DNA of 64,000 bases, from NCBI RefSeq assembly GCF_036321535.1, contig NC_087437.1, positions 20,896,001 through 20,960,000 on the forward strand, given 5' to 3'. Made by a program: the position numbers and the translations under genes. How positions within the stretch are numbered: the stretch's first letter is position 1; every line of letters begins with the position of its first letter. Source of the stretch: Camelus dromedarius (lineage: Eukaryota). The notes under the pieces were generated by a model, which worked only from the letters and a program-made list of their open reading frames with translations, was not told the origin of the DNA and did not search any database. This document shows positions 11,584 to 23,970 of the stretch, piece after piece.

Positions 11584-12519
11584 GTAAGTAGGTGACTTCT
11601 AGTTCTCACTAAGAATGCAGACTGAGCAGGGTTACCCTACTCTTCATCTGTCGTGTCTTAAAGATTTGCTAATAAAAGTACATCAGATTTTATTGACAAG
11701 CCCTATGAAGTTCTGTATAATAATTACATTGGTTAAACAACTTAAAGAGGTTTTTCAAGATTTTTTTGTTTACATTGTAAGAGTTAGAATTTTTATGGAA
11801 ACTGTGATTTTAAGTTTTTTGACTTCTCTATATTTCAGTAGAGTTGCCTTGCCCTAACTAGGGGGATGGAATATTTAATTAAGCTAGAAATACTGGGAAT
11901 TAGTTGATCAGATCATTGCCAAAAATTGTTTCCCTTGTTTTCAAGTTCACTCCCAGAACGAGTTAACCAAAGCAGTATCCAGGATATAAGGAGGAGAGGA
12001 CTAATTTAGTAGATGAATGGTTGGACTCATAAGGGCAAACAAAATATTCTGACCAAGCTAACCTTTGAGACTTGGAAGACAAGGATTTAAGCAATGATAA
12101 GTTGTACCAACAGAATATAGGCAGCAACCCTGCAAATCAAGGGCCAATTTTCACCTGAGTGTAGTGTGGAATGGCTGGTGGTCCACATGGTTTTCCAGCC
12201 ATGCTCAAATTCAAAAGATAGATAGTAATAATTTCACGCTTAGATAATTAAAAGTTGGCTATAGTGTGTGTGTGCATCTCTGTGCCTGTGAGCGTGTCTG
12301 TCTGTGTTTCTCTATCCCTTGGTTTCTCCTTCTGTCGCCTCGTATTTCTGCTTTGTATTTTAACACACTTTCATTCATTTTGTCTTTAGTTCATTTAGGC
12401 TTATATAGGATTCATTTTATTGAGTAAAATAATTTTAAATAGTTTTTTAAAAAATGATTTTGAACATTTTCTTGTAGGTTAGAGCAGCAGTCATTATGTA
12501 TTGAGAAGTGTCATGGTGG

Positions 12520-13101
12520 TAGATACAAGTTTTCCAAAATTCTATTTTTCGCTCAAAAGTCAGATTTTATTACTGGCAACAAAATGGCTATTCCCTTGAA
12601 ATGACAGACTTGCTTAGTTCATTTTCAAAGAAAATGTTTGTCCAGATACCTGTATCTGAATAACCATGGTGGGTCTGTCAGTCATTTTTTTCTGAGTAAA
12701 AATGGTGTTCCATGAAAAAAATTGACTAGTTCAACTTAAAACTCAAAGAAACACCCAAGGCTAAGTGCTTTTTTCAAGACAGTCATCACTTCTCAATACC
12801 ACCAGAAGTGTTTTATGTGTGCGTCCCATTTTCTCACACAATAGTAAAAAGATATATATTCAAGGGTTAAGATTTAATAGAAAATAATTTTTACTCCTTC
12901 ATCTAAGTGTTACTGGCTTGATGCCTGCTAAGGGGCCAGCAGTTTCCCCATCTTTGCTTTTGCACCATTAATGCACGTCAGCAGAGTAAAAAAAGGCAAA
13001 TGACATCTCAGTGTTGTCACGAAAATCATTTTAACTTCAGGAACCTGCTGAAAGGGGCTTGGGAGACCCAGAGGTCCATGAAACACACTTCGAGAACTGC
13101 C
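12520..13101. mobile_element. hAT-Charlie (Charlie1-type) DNA transposon fragment
   Basis: GGTAGATACAAGTTTTCCAAAATTCT, AAAAATGGTGTTCCATGAAAAA, TGCTTTTGCACCAT..AAAAAGGCAAAT and terminal CACACTTCGAGAACTG. Confidence 0.75.
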
Positions 13102-15859
13102 TGTTTAGAAGGAAACTAGAAAAAAAAAAAGGAACAGGAATTGATTTTTATTTTCCTAGTAATTTTGCTTTGTCTAGAGTAGAATTTGGCTTCATCTAGG
13201 TCTAATTTTTTAAAGTTTTCAATCAGGAATCTTTCTAAGCACAGTATGTTATTTAAGCAACTTGCTGCTCAGGGCCTGAGGAGCCAGTGCCTCCCTGCTC
13301 ACTGTCGGTATTAACACTGCACCATATCCGATGGGTGCAGAGGGTGCAGGATGAGCCAGGTTGCCCCTGTGCTCAAGGAGCAAAGAGGGGAAGATAAAAA
13401 TGTGAACAAATGCATAATATTGCATGTGACAAAAAAGGTAGGAACCCCAAACTAGAAAGTAGAAATTCCAACTAGAAACTCCAAAGGAGGGAGGCTGACC
13501 AGATAAGGTGGCACCTGAGATGAGTAAATTATGGGAATTGCCAGGCGGAGGAGCCTAGGGGCGAGGATAAAGGAGGACCTCAAGAGGAAATACAGTTTTC
13601 CTTCCAGAGTTTCATGCAGAGTGTGGAAATCTTCCCGAGGCACGAGGAAGGGCACCCACGTAGGGAGTGCGTGTGCTGTGCGTGTTGTGAGTGTGTTGAT
13701 GTGGGGCTGGGAGGCTGGCACGGAGGAGGGCCTTCTGCTTTGTACCCTAATGCACTTCTGGACTGTTTGAGTATTTTCCCATGAGCACAGATTTATTTTA
13801 CTTTTTAAAAACTAGTTAATTCTGAAAGTAGGTGAAGAAAAGTCATTTTAATCACCAAAAGCATCTCATTTAAGTGCCTATCTTTGCATGATACATGTGT
13901 GTATTTATCATATAAGGCTGGAATATGGCAGGAGACAAAAGCAGCAGCAGATTCTAAATATGCTGATTAACTAGCATTTCCCAATGGCATTTATATTAAG
14001 TATGAATATATTATCATATATTTGTAAAAGCCTTAAAAGCATTTTACATACTTATAAAGTATATTTTATGTAAATATACCCGTATATAATTATAGCTACA
14101 ATACAGAATTTTATATTTAATTTATCTAGAGGTGTTTATTTTGTTTACATATTTATATATATAAATACAGGATGATCATTTATTCTTACTTCCCAGGGTC
14201 CATTCCCAATGTGTACCTGTTTCCCTGCATAGTTACTCATTACACCCCCTTTCTTTCTCGTGTCCTGTTTTTCAGATGCTGAATTATATGTCCACCCTGT
14301 GTGCTTATAAAATATATATATAGCATATGTTCATATACTTTTATAGTCATACATTTATGTGTACGTGCTTGTGGATATATACATATGTGTATGTATGTGT
14401 TTGGAAGATATATGTTAAAAACTATTGCAGCTAAAATAGAGACTCAGAAAAATGGTAACATAAGTCAGGTGACCACAGTTATCTAATCACAAATTATTTT
14501 ATTCTTTAAAATGCTGGTTCACCCAAATTTTTGCATGTGTAACATTTTTGTTAGCCTTTTCCATGCTTATTTACTCCATCATAGCAGTACTACTGAAAAG
14601 AGTGAATGTATTGCACGAAACTCGCTTTTTAGAACACATTTTAGAAAATTTCATGTAAATTCTATCTCATCTGCTTCCCAACTTGTGTCTTTTTCTGAAG
14701 TCTGTTGTGGGCTGTCCACTGGCAGGAATTCCTAAGACTTCTGTATGCAGTTACTCTCTATGAGGAAATATTGCAGAGGAGAAAATCACTTTACTTTTTT
14801 AAGTCAAAGAATACATTTTTGGTGAGAATGACTGCCTCCCCCCCACAAGCTCATTTACATCTTAATTGGGGGGTTATCCTTAAAGTAAGTTTATCTGATC
14901 AGAACTGTGGGTCCAGTGTGATTTGGCTTTAATGTTCTTATCAGTTGCACAAACCAAACTGACGAAAGGGGCCAGGCTGGTCTTGTTACCGAGAGAAGCT
15001 GCTTAGTGGTACGTGGGCAGGTAGCACGTGCATGTAGGTGACTGTGACGCAGGGACACGGCTGCTCGGTTGCTAGGCAGGTAATAACCCATCGTTGCCCA
15101 GTCTTCTTTTTTTTCAAGAAAAGATATATTGATTTTTATATTAAATCTTACTGTTTTTCAACATCAGCTCAGTTTTTCAAAAACATGACTTCAAAAACCC
15201 AACCTGTGGGAACCAGATGTGCCCGTGGCCTCCAGTGGGTCCCCTCTGGGCTGCAGACTTGGAACTTATTCCTTGGTTGCACTTTGCACATGTAGAATAT
15301 GACTTTAATTTGCAGCTTCGACTGCTTTTTCAATTTGCATTTGCAGATTTGGAGTCTTTGTTCTAAACTGTTCCACTGACTGCTAGATTATGAGCTTCTT
15401 GAGGGCATGAACCCCTTGACTGTGCCTCTTTCTGACTGAATTTCCTTTTCCTCAGCCTTGTCTGTATCTGCATTGCTAAAGTCAGTGCCACATCTCCCTG
15501 CAAGGTGTTGCTGGGCTCTGCCTTCCCTCACACCTGTTCCCAAGCCTCTCCCCCCAACTCCCAGAACCTTCTCCCAGGAAGCACATCCACCAGGCATCTT
15601 TGTTTTACAGCAGTTCGTGAACACATCCTATTTTCCCTGCTATTCCACAAACCCTTGGGGGCAGAATTTTTGTTTCTCTAACACCAACAGCACTAGGTTT
15701 TAGTATCAGCCCCCAGGCCTAGCTCTGGCTGGTTGATAAAAGTAAACCTGAAGAGCCTCTGAGACCAAGTGGGAAGGAGACTTTTCAAGGTTTACTCATT
15801 GTGCCTTTTGAATTTATCATATGAATGTATTCCTTATTCACTAAATCAAGTATAAAAAT

Positions 15860-16000
15860 ATTATGGATTCCAGGCTCTTACCTCAGCTGTTCCAAACCAG
15901 TCTCTGCAGAGGCAGGATCTGTAGGGGGGAGTCTGTAAATCTGTACTGTTTTAAAGTTTCACAGGGGATTCTGATGCATAGCCAGGTTTGGGAACTACTA
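15860..16000. mobile_element. MER5-like hAT MITE
   Basis: Terminal GATTCTGATGCATAGCCAGGTTTGGGAACTACT. Confidence 0.6.
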
Positions 16001-16117
16001 TCCCAAAGCCCTAAAGTAGGTGTTCAGTAAGCATCTGTTCAAAGGAGAAATGAACGCTTGTCTTCCTACAGCACTTAGCCAGATGCCTTGCACTTAGCAG
16101 TTGTTCAATAAACCAGT

Positions 16118-16421
16118 CAACTGGATAAAGAAGATGTGGTATATTTATACAATGGAATACTAGTCAGCCATAAAAATGACAACATAATGCAGCAACGTGG
16201 ATGTCCCTGGAGAGTGTCATTCTAAGTGAAGTAAGCCATAAAGAAAAAGAAAAATACTGTATAAGATCGCTCATGTGTGGAATCTAAAAAGAAAAGAAAG
16301 AAAGAAAGAGAAAAAGACAAATGAACATAAATACAAAACAGAAACGGGCTCATAGACATAGAATACAAACTTGTGGTTGCTGGGGGGAGGGGGGTGGGAA
16401 GGGACAGACTGGGAGTTTGAA
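16118..16421 (+). mobile_element. L1 fragment (ORF2 end / 3'UTR)
   Basis: TGGATAAAGAAGATGTGGTATATTTATACAATGGAATACT..CTAAGTGAAGTAAGCC..GTGGAATCTAAAAA. Confidence 0.85.
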
Positions 16422-18735
16422 AGACTATAACTCAATAAAATAAAATTTAAAAAGAATTCAGAATGCATACTGAAGCTTTACAAAATAAATGGCATTTCAG
16501 TACAAAAAAAAATTGGTCAAAGGAATTAAAATAAATTCTGAGTTCAGATACTAACTCGCCCACTTTCTTAGGTGGGGATGGGGCCACCTGTTCCTTCCCA
16601 GGCTCTCACTCTGTCTGGGGTGGATGGGTTAATTTTTACCTGGACCACTAGGATGGCCTAACTAGCTGATGTGCAACCAGCTTGCCTCCCTCTCTCATCC
16701 TTTGAGCAGCCTGCCACCTAAGTGATCCTGAGGGATCTTTTTTTTAACTCAAATCTGACTCTAATTTCCATGATAACTGGTACTTGCAACGTAAAACTTG
16801 CTGTGGGGAGCCCTCTAGAGTGCTGTATGATCTGGGCTGACTTCCGCTCCTTGCCCATCGCATCCAACAGAGAGACGCCGAGGCCTGCCGTGTGCCCAGC
16901 TTTGCTGAGGACGCTGGGACGGAGCTGTGCACACACCCTCCCCTGCCATTGCACAGACCCACTCACCAGTCCCTGAGTACGGTGTCCTCCGTTACCATTG
17001 TTTGTTTTGCCTATGGTGTTCCTTCTGCTTAGAATGCCCTTCCCACACCCCTGTGTTATTTATTCACTGATGCCAAGCCTTCCAGGGCCCCTGTAAATAC
17101 TAAGTTGTCGTTTCATCTTCTGACATGCTGTGCATTCAGTATGAGGCCTGCCCTTGTGGATGCCCGCTATTCGTTGACAGTTCTCTTTCTTCCCCTCGAC
17201 GCTGAGCTCCTTGAGGGCAGAGACTTGCCTTACTCTCCTCGGTATCTCCAGCTCCAGGCACTGTGTTAGGTAATAACATATCTACTGGATAAAACTGATA
17301 CAAGGACGTTTTTGTGTATGTGCCAAGAAGGCAAAGTAAGGTGCTGCTGAGTAACTGATATTTTAAGGATTTCTGTGATTCAGTGGTTGATATTGCCCTG
17401 AAAGATGTTGTACTTGGATGTTCTAAAGTTATGAGGGTGTTTTAATGACATGTATAAAGATATGTCCTATTGTACTTGTTGTTCTAACTGTGAATATGAC
17501 TAAGATATGGTTGAGTTGGTCTTTTTCTAACCATCCTAACTGAACAAGCTAAGAATCAGAGAAGCCTACAGAAGCAAGCAGGGATTATAATCTGACACCC
17601 TAGGGTATTTATTAACTTGCCATGAAACACTGTATTCCCCAGACAGAGCAGAACCTAGTGGAAGGTTCAGAGTGCTGTGGAGGAGGAGGTTCCGGGAGGT
17701 GCAGGGGTTTGGCAGCAGAAGACACAATAGGTGATGTCAGCAAAGAACTAAGCCGAGTTGGAAACCACTTTTTTGAGTTATAGCGTGTGTTTTGCCAGTT
17801 CTGAGACTGTCCAGTCAGGCCAGATAAAGAACTGAAATAATGTATGAGCTTCAGAGAAGCCAAGCAGGATAAGAAGGTATGAGTCAGGAGAGAAAGTAGA
17901 TCCTATGGGGACCCAGGACAGAGAGACCTCAAGGAAGGCAAAAGAAGCATCAGCCAAATATGCTATGATCTATAACCCAGTGAAGGATGGAGTCCTGCAG
18001 CCCGTTCAGGGGGACCCTTTCTCCCTTTGGGGGCACAGAGGAAGCCATACAGATTCCTTTTCATTTAATTCCATTTTTATTGATAGATTTAATTTCCCAC
18101 ATCTCTAGAAAAGATTCATGGAAGGTTAACAGTTAAAGGCAGGGAAAGCAAGAGGGGAGGAGCCATCACTGAATAAAGAAAGTGAGACAGTAGTCACACC
18201 AGAAACCCAGGCTCACAGTGGCTGCAACAATTGATGATGAAAGTTCTACGCTGCCTCATCTTGAGAATTAAAAGAGAAGCATGGCAAGTACATTGTTCTC
18301 GTTATCAGAATAATGAAGAATTTGTTAGTAGGAATGCACTTTTTCCAATGGCTGAGTGAGATAAAAAGAATTTATCAAGTGGATTCTTGTGTAAAGGACA
18401 CTAAATAACATACTGGACACAGCTTATAATCACTTTACAAAAAGTTAAAAAGAGATTCTTTATGTGGCCATCAGGTTGTTCCAAGTGATGAATGCCACGA
18501 GCTAAACGTTATACTCCCGTGCTTGAAGACACTGCCATGGAGTTAAAGAAATGGGCTTTACGGCTTTCTCGACAGCACTGGACAAGGGGTAGAGAGACTA
18601 GATGAAGAGTGGGGTAGTATGTCTTTTAGACCAGAGAGGGTTTGGGGTTTTATTTTAAGTTAGGGGATGATCTATTATTGTGTAGTAAAATTAGTGAGTT
18701 GCTGTTAGCATTTTTAAATGAAAGCTAATAGGACA

Positions 18736-19047
18736 ATTTGTAGCAACATGGATGGACCTAGAGATTAGCATACTACGTCAGACAAAGACAAATAACATGT
18801 GATATCACTTATATGTGGAATCTAAAAAAACTGAGACAAATGAAGTTAATTTACAAAACAGAGATAGACTCACAAACATAGAAAACAAACATGGTTACCA
18901 AAGGGGAAAATGGGCAGGGGAAGAGAGATAAATTAGGAATTTGGGATTAGTAGATACAAACTACTATATACAGAACAAACAACAGGTCCTACTGTATAGC
19001 ACAGGGAACTATATTCAGTATCTTGTAACAACCTATAATGCAAAAGA

Positions 19048-19090
<43 letters not shown>

Positions 19091-19187
19091 TATATATGTG
19101 TATGCTTATATATGTATGACTGAATCATGTGCTGCACACCAGAAACTAACACGAACTGTAAATCAGCTATACTTCAGTTTTTTTTAC
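18736..19187 (+). mobile_element. 5'-truncated L1 with internal (TA)n
   Basis: L1 3'UTR motifs; 18-bp TSD ATGAAAG(C/A)TAATAGGACA (18718-18735 / 19188-19205). Confidence 0.9.
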
Positions 19188-19557
19188 ATGAAAGATAATA
19201 GGACAGAATAGACTGCATCACATATGGTAAGGGTAAGTTTTAGTTGCACCACTGTCTTAGGTCACTACGTACTGTGTATTTCTTACTGTGGGTAACCATG
19301 AACGCTGCTGGGTAGGCACTGGCCATCCCAGGCTCATTCAAGGACATAGAGGGGATGACAACTGGGCTCTGGGGACCACAAAGGTGGGCTCCTCAGACCA
19401 GAACAAGATCCACCGTGCCTTTAAACTGTGCAAATATAGGAACCTGTGACTAGACGCTATATGGCAACTCAGAAACGTACTTTCCTGGTTTTGTATTTTG
19501 TTTCCTATTTGTTTGCCTTTAGTACCTCCGTGAATTCTTTTTGAAATCCCTGGTCTA

Positions 19558-19655
19558 GTATGTATATGCATGACTGGGACATTGTGCTGTACACCAGAAA
19601 TCGACACATTGGAACCGATGGTACTTCAGTTAGAAAAAAACAAAACAAAACAAAA
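19558..19655 (+). mobile_element. Short L1 3' tail
   Basis: GCATGACTGGGACATTGTGCTGTACACCAGAAATCGACACATT..ACTTCA plus A-rich tail. Confidence 0.8.
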
Positions 19656-20350
19656 CCTGTTCTACTTTGGCTATCATGAAAGGGAAATCAGACCAGAAGG
19701 AACGGGATGGGTCCCCACAAGGGCCGGTGGCGCAGAGGAGCAGGGTGCCCCTGGTGGTCAGACTCGGTCATGCAGACTGAGCCTTTCCACTGAGAGACCC
19801 TTCAGAGCCACAAATTAGGAATGGCTCCTTCAGTTTTCACTGCTTTCCTGAGCAGCCAGTACCTTTACTCACAGGTACTGCTTACTGAGCGGAAACTTTT
19901 TAAAAATAATTTTTCTGCTTCATGAATTATGTTTGGATCAGATCATCAGGGTGGTCTTTGGAAATAGATAGGAGGCCTGTGGTGGGACCATGGTATTGTC
20001 CCACTCTTAAGAGTTCAATGCAGCAGCCCTGAGCGATGATAAGACCCTTAACATCTGGTGGGAAAACCTTCTCCCCCTAAGTTTGGACATGCATATGTAG
20101 CTACAACTTTGAAGAAAGAAGGAGAAAAATTCTGGGAGGATTTCCAACTATAACAACTCTTAGCAATGGTATGAGAAACAGGCTGGGGCAAGATAAAGAT
20201 TTAGCTTTGTCCAAGTCTTAGAAGCAACAACAGGATGAGTTTTTTTTAAAAAAAAAACAAAACCCTATATTTTCATACAAAAAAAAAAAAGAAGGTTTCT
20301 CAAAGAAATTGAAAATAGCCTGGAAGTAAAGAAGCTCATTGTGGAAGGGG

Positions 20351-20379
20351 CTCTGACCATTTCTCTCCTCTTGTTCCAG
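20351..20379 (+). promoter_or_regulatory. 3' splice site of the ZBTB38 coding exon
   Basis: Branch-like CTGAC (20353-20357), pyrimidine tract TTTCTCTCCTCTTGTTC and CAG ending at 20379, immediately followed by ATG. Confidence 0.9.
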
Positions 20380-23300
20380 ATGACAGTCATGTCCCTTTCC
20401 AGGGACCTCAAGGACGACTTTCACAGCGACACAGTGCTCTCCATCTTAAATGAGCAGCGCATTCGGGGCATTTTATGTGATGTCACTATCATTGTGGAAG
20501 ACACCAAATTTAAAGCCCACAGCAATGTCCTGGCTGCTTCAAGCCTTTATTTCAAAAATATCTTTTGGAGCCATACAATCTGTATTTCCAGCCACGTTCT
20601 GGAGCTGGATGATCTCAAAGCTGAAGTGTTTACAGAAATCCTTAATTATATCTACAGCTCCACAGTCGTCGTCAAGAGACAGGAAACAGTCACTGACCTT
20701 GCAGCTGCAGGAAAAAAGCTGGGAATATCCTTCTTGGAAGATCTTACAGATCGCAACTTCTCAAATTCCCCAGGTCCCTATGTCTTCTGCATTACTGAAA
20801 AAGGAGTGGTTAAAGAAGAAAAAAATGAAAAAAGGCATGAAGAGCCAGCCATCACAAATGGGCCAAGGATCACAAATGCCTTTTCCATCATTGAGACAGA
20901 AAATAGTAATAACATGTTTTCTCCACTGGACTTGAGGGCAAGTTTCAAAAAGGTCTCCGACTCCATGAGAACCACGAGCCTTTGCCTGGAGAGGACTGAT
21001 GTCTGCCACGAGGTGGAGCCTGTCCGCACCCTCGCCGAGCACTCATACGCCGTGTCCTCCGTGGCCGAGGCTTACAGAAGTCAGCCTGGACGTGAACACG
21101 ACAGCAGTTCGCCTGGGAAAACGGCTAAAGAAAATTGCGAGGCCCCTGCAGCAAAACCGAAAACATGCCGAAAGCCAAAGACCCTCCCTGTACCCCAGGA
21201 TTCAGACTCAGCTCCCGAAAATATACCACCCCTTCCAGCAGCCAGCTCGGAGGGGAATCAAGAAGGAAGTCCTCAGCCCGCTGCAAGTCTTTCCCGTTCA
21301 AAATCTCCCAGCACCAGCGAAGGAGATGTCCGTTTTCCCAGGGAAGAGGAAAATAAATCCTCTGACGTCCCCGGGCCGCCGGCCGCGGAGGTTCCGCCTC
21401 TCGTTTACAATTGTAGCTGTTGTTCCAAATCTTTTGACAGTAGCACTTTGCTCAGCGCCCACATGCAGCTTCACAAGCCAACCCAGGAGCCCTTAGTGTG
21501 CAAGTACTGCAACAAACAGTTCAGCACCCTCAACAGACTGGACCGGCACGAGCAGATCTGCATGCGGTCCAGCCATATGCCCGTTCCTGGAGGGAATCCG
21601 CGCTTTTTAGAAAACTACCCCACCATTGGGCAGAACGGAAGTTCCTTCACAGGTCCAGAACCTTTATTGTCTGAAAACAGGATTGGTGAATTTTCCAGTG
21701 CCGGGAGCACCTTGCCAGAAACAGACCACATGGTTAAATTTGTTAACGGGCAGATGCTGTACAGCTGTGTTGTATGCAAACGTAGCTATGTGACTTTATC
21801 CAGCCTCCGCAGACATGCGAATGTTCACTCATGGAGAAGAACGTATCCTTGCCATTACTGCAACAAAGTATTTGCATTGGCCGAGTACAGGACAAGACAC
21901 GAGATTTGGCACACAGGAGAGAGGCGCTATCAGTGCATTTTCTGCCTTGAAACTTTCATGACCTACTATATACTGAAAAACCACCAGAAGTCTTTCCATG
22001 CCATCGATCACAGACTTTCCATCAGTAAAAAAACAGCAAACGGCGGCTTGAAGCCTAGTGTCTATCCATATAAACTTTATAGGCTCCTGCCAATGAAATG
22101 CAAGAGGGCTCCTTACAAGAGCTACCGACATTCTTCCTATGAAAACACGCAAGAAAACAGTCAGATGAATGAATCTGCCCCTGGTCCCTATGTTATTCAG
22201 AATCCACACGGCTCTGAATTACCTGCTCTGAATTTCCAAGACAGTGTAAACACCTTGACCAACAGTCCAGCCATCCCTTTGGAAACACCAGCACATCAGG
22301 ATGCAGTTCCCACTCCCGCCAGTGTGCAGAACGCAGAGGGTACCAAATGGAGAGAGCGGGGGAAGCTGAAAGTCGATGCGGATGGTAACTTTTATTCAAC
22401 AGAGGTGTCAGTTTCTTCCACTGAGAACGCCGTCAGTTCTGATGGCCCGGCAGGGGAGGCCCCCATTTTGTCGGTGAGTAACGGCAGTGAGAACTCCACC
22501 TCTGTGATCAGCTACAGTGGCTCGGCCCCCTCGGTCATTGTGCACAGCAGCCAGTTTTCCTCGGTGATAATGCACAGCAACACAGTCGCTGCCACCACCG
22601 GCCACCTCCCCAGGGCCCCTCCAGACCCGGCTGTGAGTCAGACCCCAAAAGACGACAGCAGACCCGAGCCAGACAGAGTGGGGAGGGTCATCAGCAGACC
22701 CAAGAGTATGAAGGAGAAAAAGAAAACCATACTGTGTAACAGGGGAGAAACACCAGAGGAGTCCAAATACGTGGCTGATCCTGGAGGGTCCTTGAGCAAA
22801 ACCACAAGCATCATTAAAGAATCCAGTAAGATTGAAACTTACATCGCAAAGCCTGCTCTCCCCGGAACCTCCACCAACAGCAACGTCGCGCCCCTCTGCC
22901 AAATAACGGTGAAAATTGGGAATGAGGCCATTGTGAAGAGGCACATCCTAGGATCAAAATTGTTCTATAAGAGAGGGAGGAGACCCAAGTACCAAACGCA
23001 GGAGGAGACTCTGCCACAAGAGAGTGACCAGGAGACCAACGGAGATAGCCCACTCGGGCTCTGCCAGTCCGAGTGTGTGGAGATGAGCGAGATGTTCGAC
23101 GACGCCAGTGACCAGGACTCCACGGACAAACCGTGGCGCCCTTACTACAACTACAAACCCAAAAAGAAGTCCAGGCAGTTGAGAAAAATGAGGAAAGCCA
23201 ACTGGAGGAAGGAGCATGAGCACCGGAGCCCGAGCGGTAAATGCAAATACCCGGCGGAACTGGACTGCGCTGTGGGGAGGGCCCCCCAGGAGAAGGCCCT

Positions 23301-23970
23301 TGAGGAGGAAGAAAATAAAGAGATGCCCAAGTTGCAGTGCGAACTCTGCGACGGGGACAAAGCCTCGGGGGCCGGGAACCAAGGCAGGCCCCACCGGCAT
23401 CTCACGGCCAGGCCTTACACGTGCGAGCTCTGCGCCAAGCCGTTCCAGAGCCCCTCCACCCTCAAGATGCACATGAGGTGTCACACGGGCGAGAAGCCCT
23501 ATGAGTGCAAGACGTGTGGGCGGTGCTTCTCCGTGCAAGGCAACTTGCAGAAACACGAGCGCATCCACCTGGGCGTGAAGGAGTTCATCTGTCAGTACTG
23601 CAATAAGGCCTTCACGCTGAACGAGACCCTCAAAATCCACGAAAGGATCCACACTGGCGAAAAGCGCTACCACTGTCAGATCTGCTTTCAGAGTTTTTTG
23701 TATCTCTCCACGAAACGGAATCACGAGCAGAGGCATATTCGGGAGCACAATGGGAAGGGCTATGCCTGCTTCCAGTGTCCCAAGATTTGCAAGACAGCTG
23801 CTGCCCTGGGGATGCACCAGAAGAAACACTCATTCAAAAGCCCAAGTCAGCAGGAGAAAACAGAAGGCGACACGGGCCATGAAAACTCAATGGAGAATCC
23901 ACATTTCGTTGATTCAGAAGACAGTGACCAAAAGGATAATGTACAAACTGTTGTTGACAATGTCCTTTGA
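20380..23970 (+). CDS. ZBTB38: Zinc finger and BTB domain-containing protein 38 (CIBZ), single coding exon, 1196 aa
   Basis: Uninterrupted ORF starting MTVMSLSRDLKDDFHSDTVLSILNEQR. It has an N-terminal BTB domain (LCDVTIIVED..FKAHSNVLAASS.YF), a CtBP-binding PLDLR motif (20923-20937), two N-terminal C2H2-like fingers, a Kaiso-like triple finger (YSCVVCKRSYVTLSSLRRH...LAEYRTRHEIWHTGERRYQC) and five C-terminal fingers. The sequence is recognisable as mammalian ZBTB38. The true start is ATG 20380, not the GTG at 20341. Confidence 0.98.
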   Translation: MTVMSLSRDLKDDFHSDTVLSILNEQRIRGILCDVTIIVEDTKFKAHSNVLAASSLYFKNIFWSHTICISSHVLELDDLKAEVFTEILNYIYSSTVVVKRQETVTDLAAAGKKLGISFLEDLTDRNFSNSPGPYVFCITEKGVVKEEKNEKRHEEPAITNGPRITNAFSIIETENSNNMFSPLDLRASFKKVSDSMRTTSLCLERTDVCHEVEPVRTLAEHSYAVSSVAEAYRSQPGREHDSSSPGKTAKENCEAPAAKPKTCRKPKTLPVPQDSDSAPENIPPLPAASSEGNQEGSPQPAASLSRSKSPSTSEGDVRFPREEENKSSDVPGPPAAEVPPLVYNCSCCSKSFDSSTLLSAHMQLHKPTQEPLVCKYCNKQFSTLNRLDRHEQICMRSSHMPVPGGNPRFLENYPTIGQNGSSFTGPEPLLSENRIGEFSSAGSTLPETDHMVKFVNGQMLYSCVVCKRSYVTLSSLRRHANVHSWRRTYPCHYCNKVFALAEYRTRHEIWHTGERRYQCIFCLETFMTYYILKNHQKSFHAIDHRLSISKKTANGGLKPSVYPYKLYRLLPMKCKRAPYKSYRHSSYENTQENSQMNESAPGPYVIQNPHGSELPALNFQDSVNTLTNSPAIPLETPAHQDAVPTPASVQNAEGTKWRERGKLKVDADGNFYSTEVSVSSTENAVSSDGPAGEAPILSVSNGSENSTSVISYSGSAPSVIVHSSQFSSVIMHSNTVAATTGHLPRAPPDPAVSQTPKDDSRPEPDRVGRVISRPKSMKEKKKTILCNRGETPEESKYVADPGGSLSKTTSIIKESSKIETYIAKPALPGTSTNSNVAPLCQITVKIGNEAIVKRHILGSKLFYKRGRRPKYQTQEETLPQESDQETNGDSPLGLCQSECVEMSEMFDDASDQDSTDKPWRPYYNYKPKKKSRQLRKMRKANWRKEHEHRSPSGKCKYPAELDCAVGRAPQEKALEEEENKEMPKLQCELCDGDKASGAGNQGRPHRHLTARPYTCELCAKPFQSPSTLKMHMRCHTGEKPYECKTCGRCFSVQGNLQKHERIHLGVKEFICQYCNKAFTLNETLKIHERIHTGEKRYHCQICFQSFLYLSTKRNHEQRHIREHNGKGYACFQCPKICKTAAALGMHQKKHSFKSPSQQEKTEGDTGHENSMENPHFVDSEDSDQKDNVQTVVDNVL

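Noticed and set aside
18230..18600. Faint resemblance to a CR1/L3 reverse-transcriptase region
   Set aside because: Only vague motif echoes; cannot be supported without a profile search.
19741..19760. CTCF-like TGACCACCAGGGGCACC on the minus strand
   Set aside because: One G short in the core, which puts the GGC triplet out of register.
20341..20379. 13-residue N-terminal extension in the ORF track (GTG start, 1209 aa)
   Set aside because: It is the intronic branch point and polypyrimidine tract ending in CAG; the recognised protein starts at ATG 20380.
22954..23829. 291-aa antisense ORF and other ORFs overlapping ZBTB38 (e.g. 22408-22944, 20450-20935, 20999-21496)
   Set aside because: Shadow ORFs expected from GC-rich codon usage; no recognisable domain or independent gene signals.
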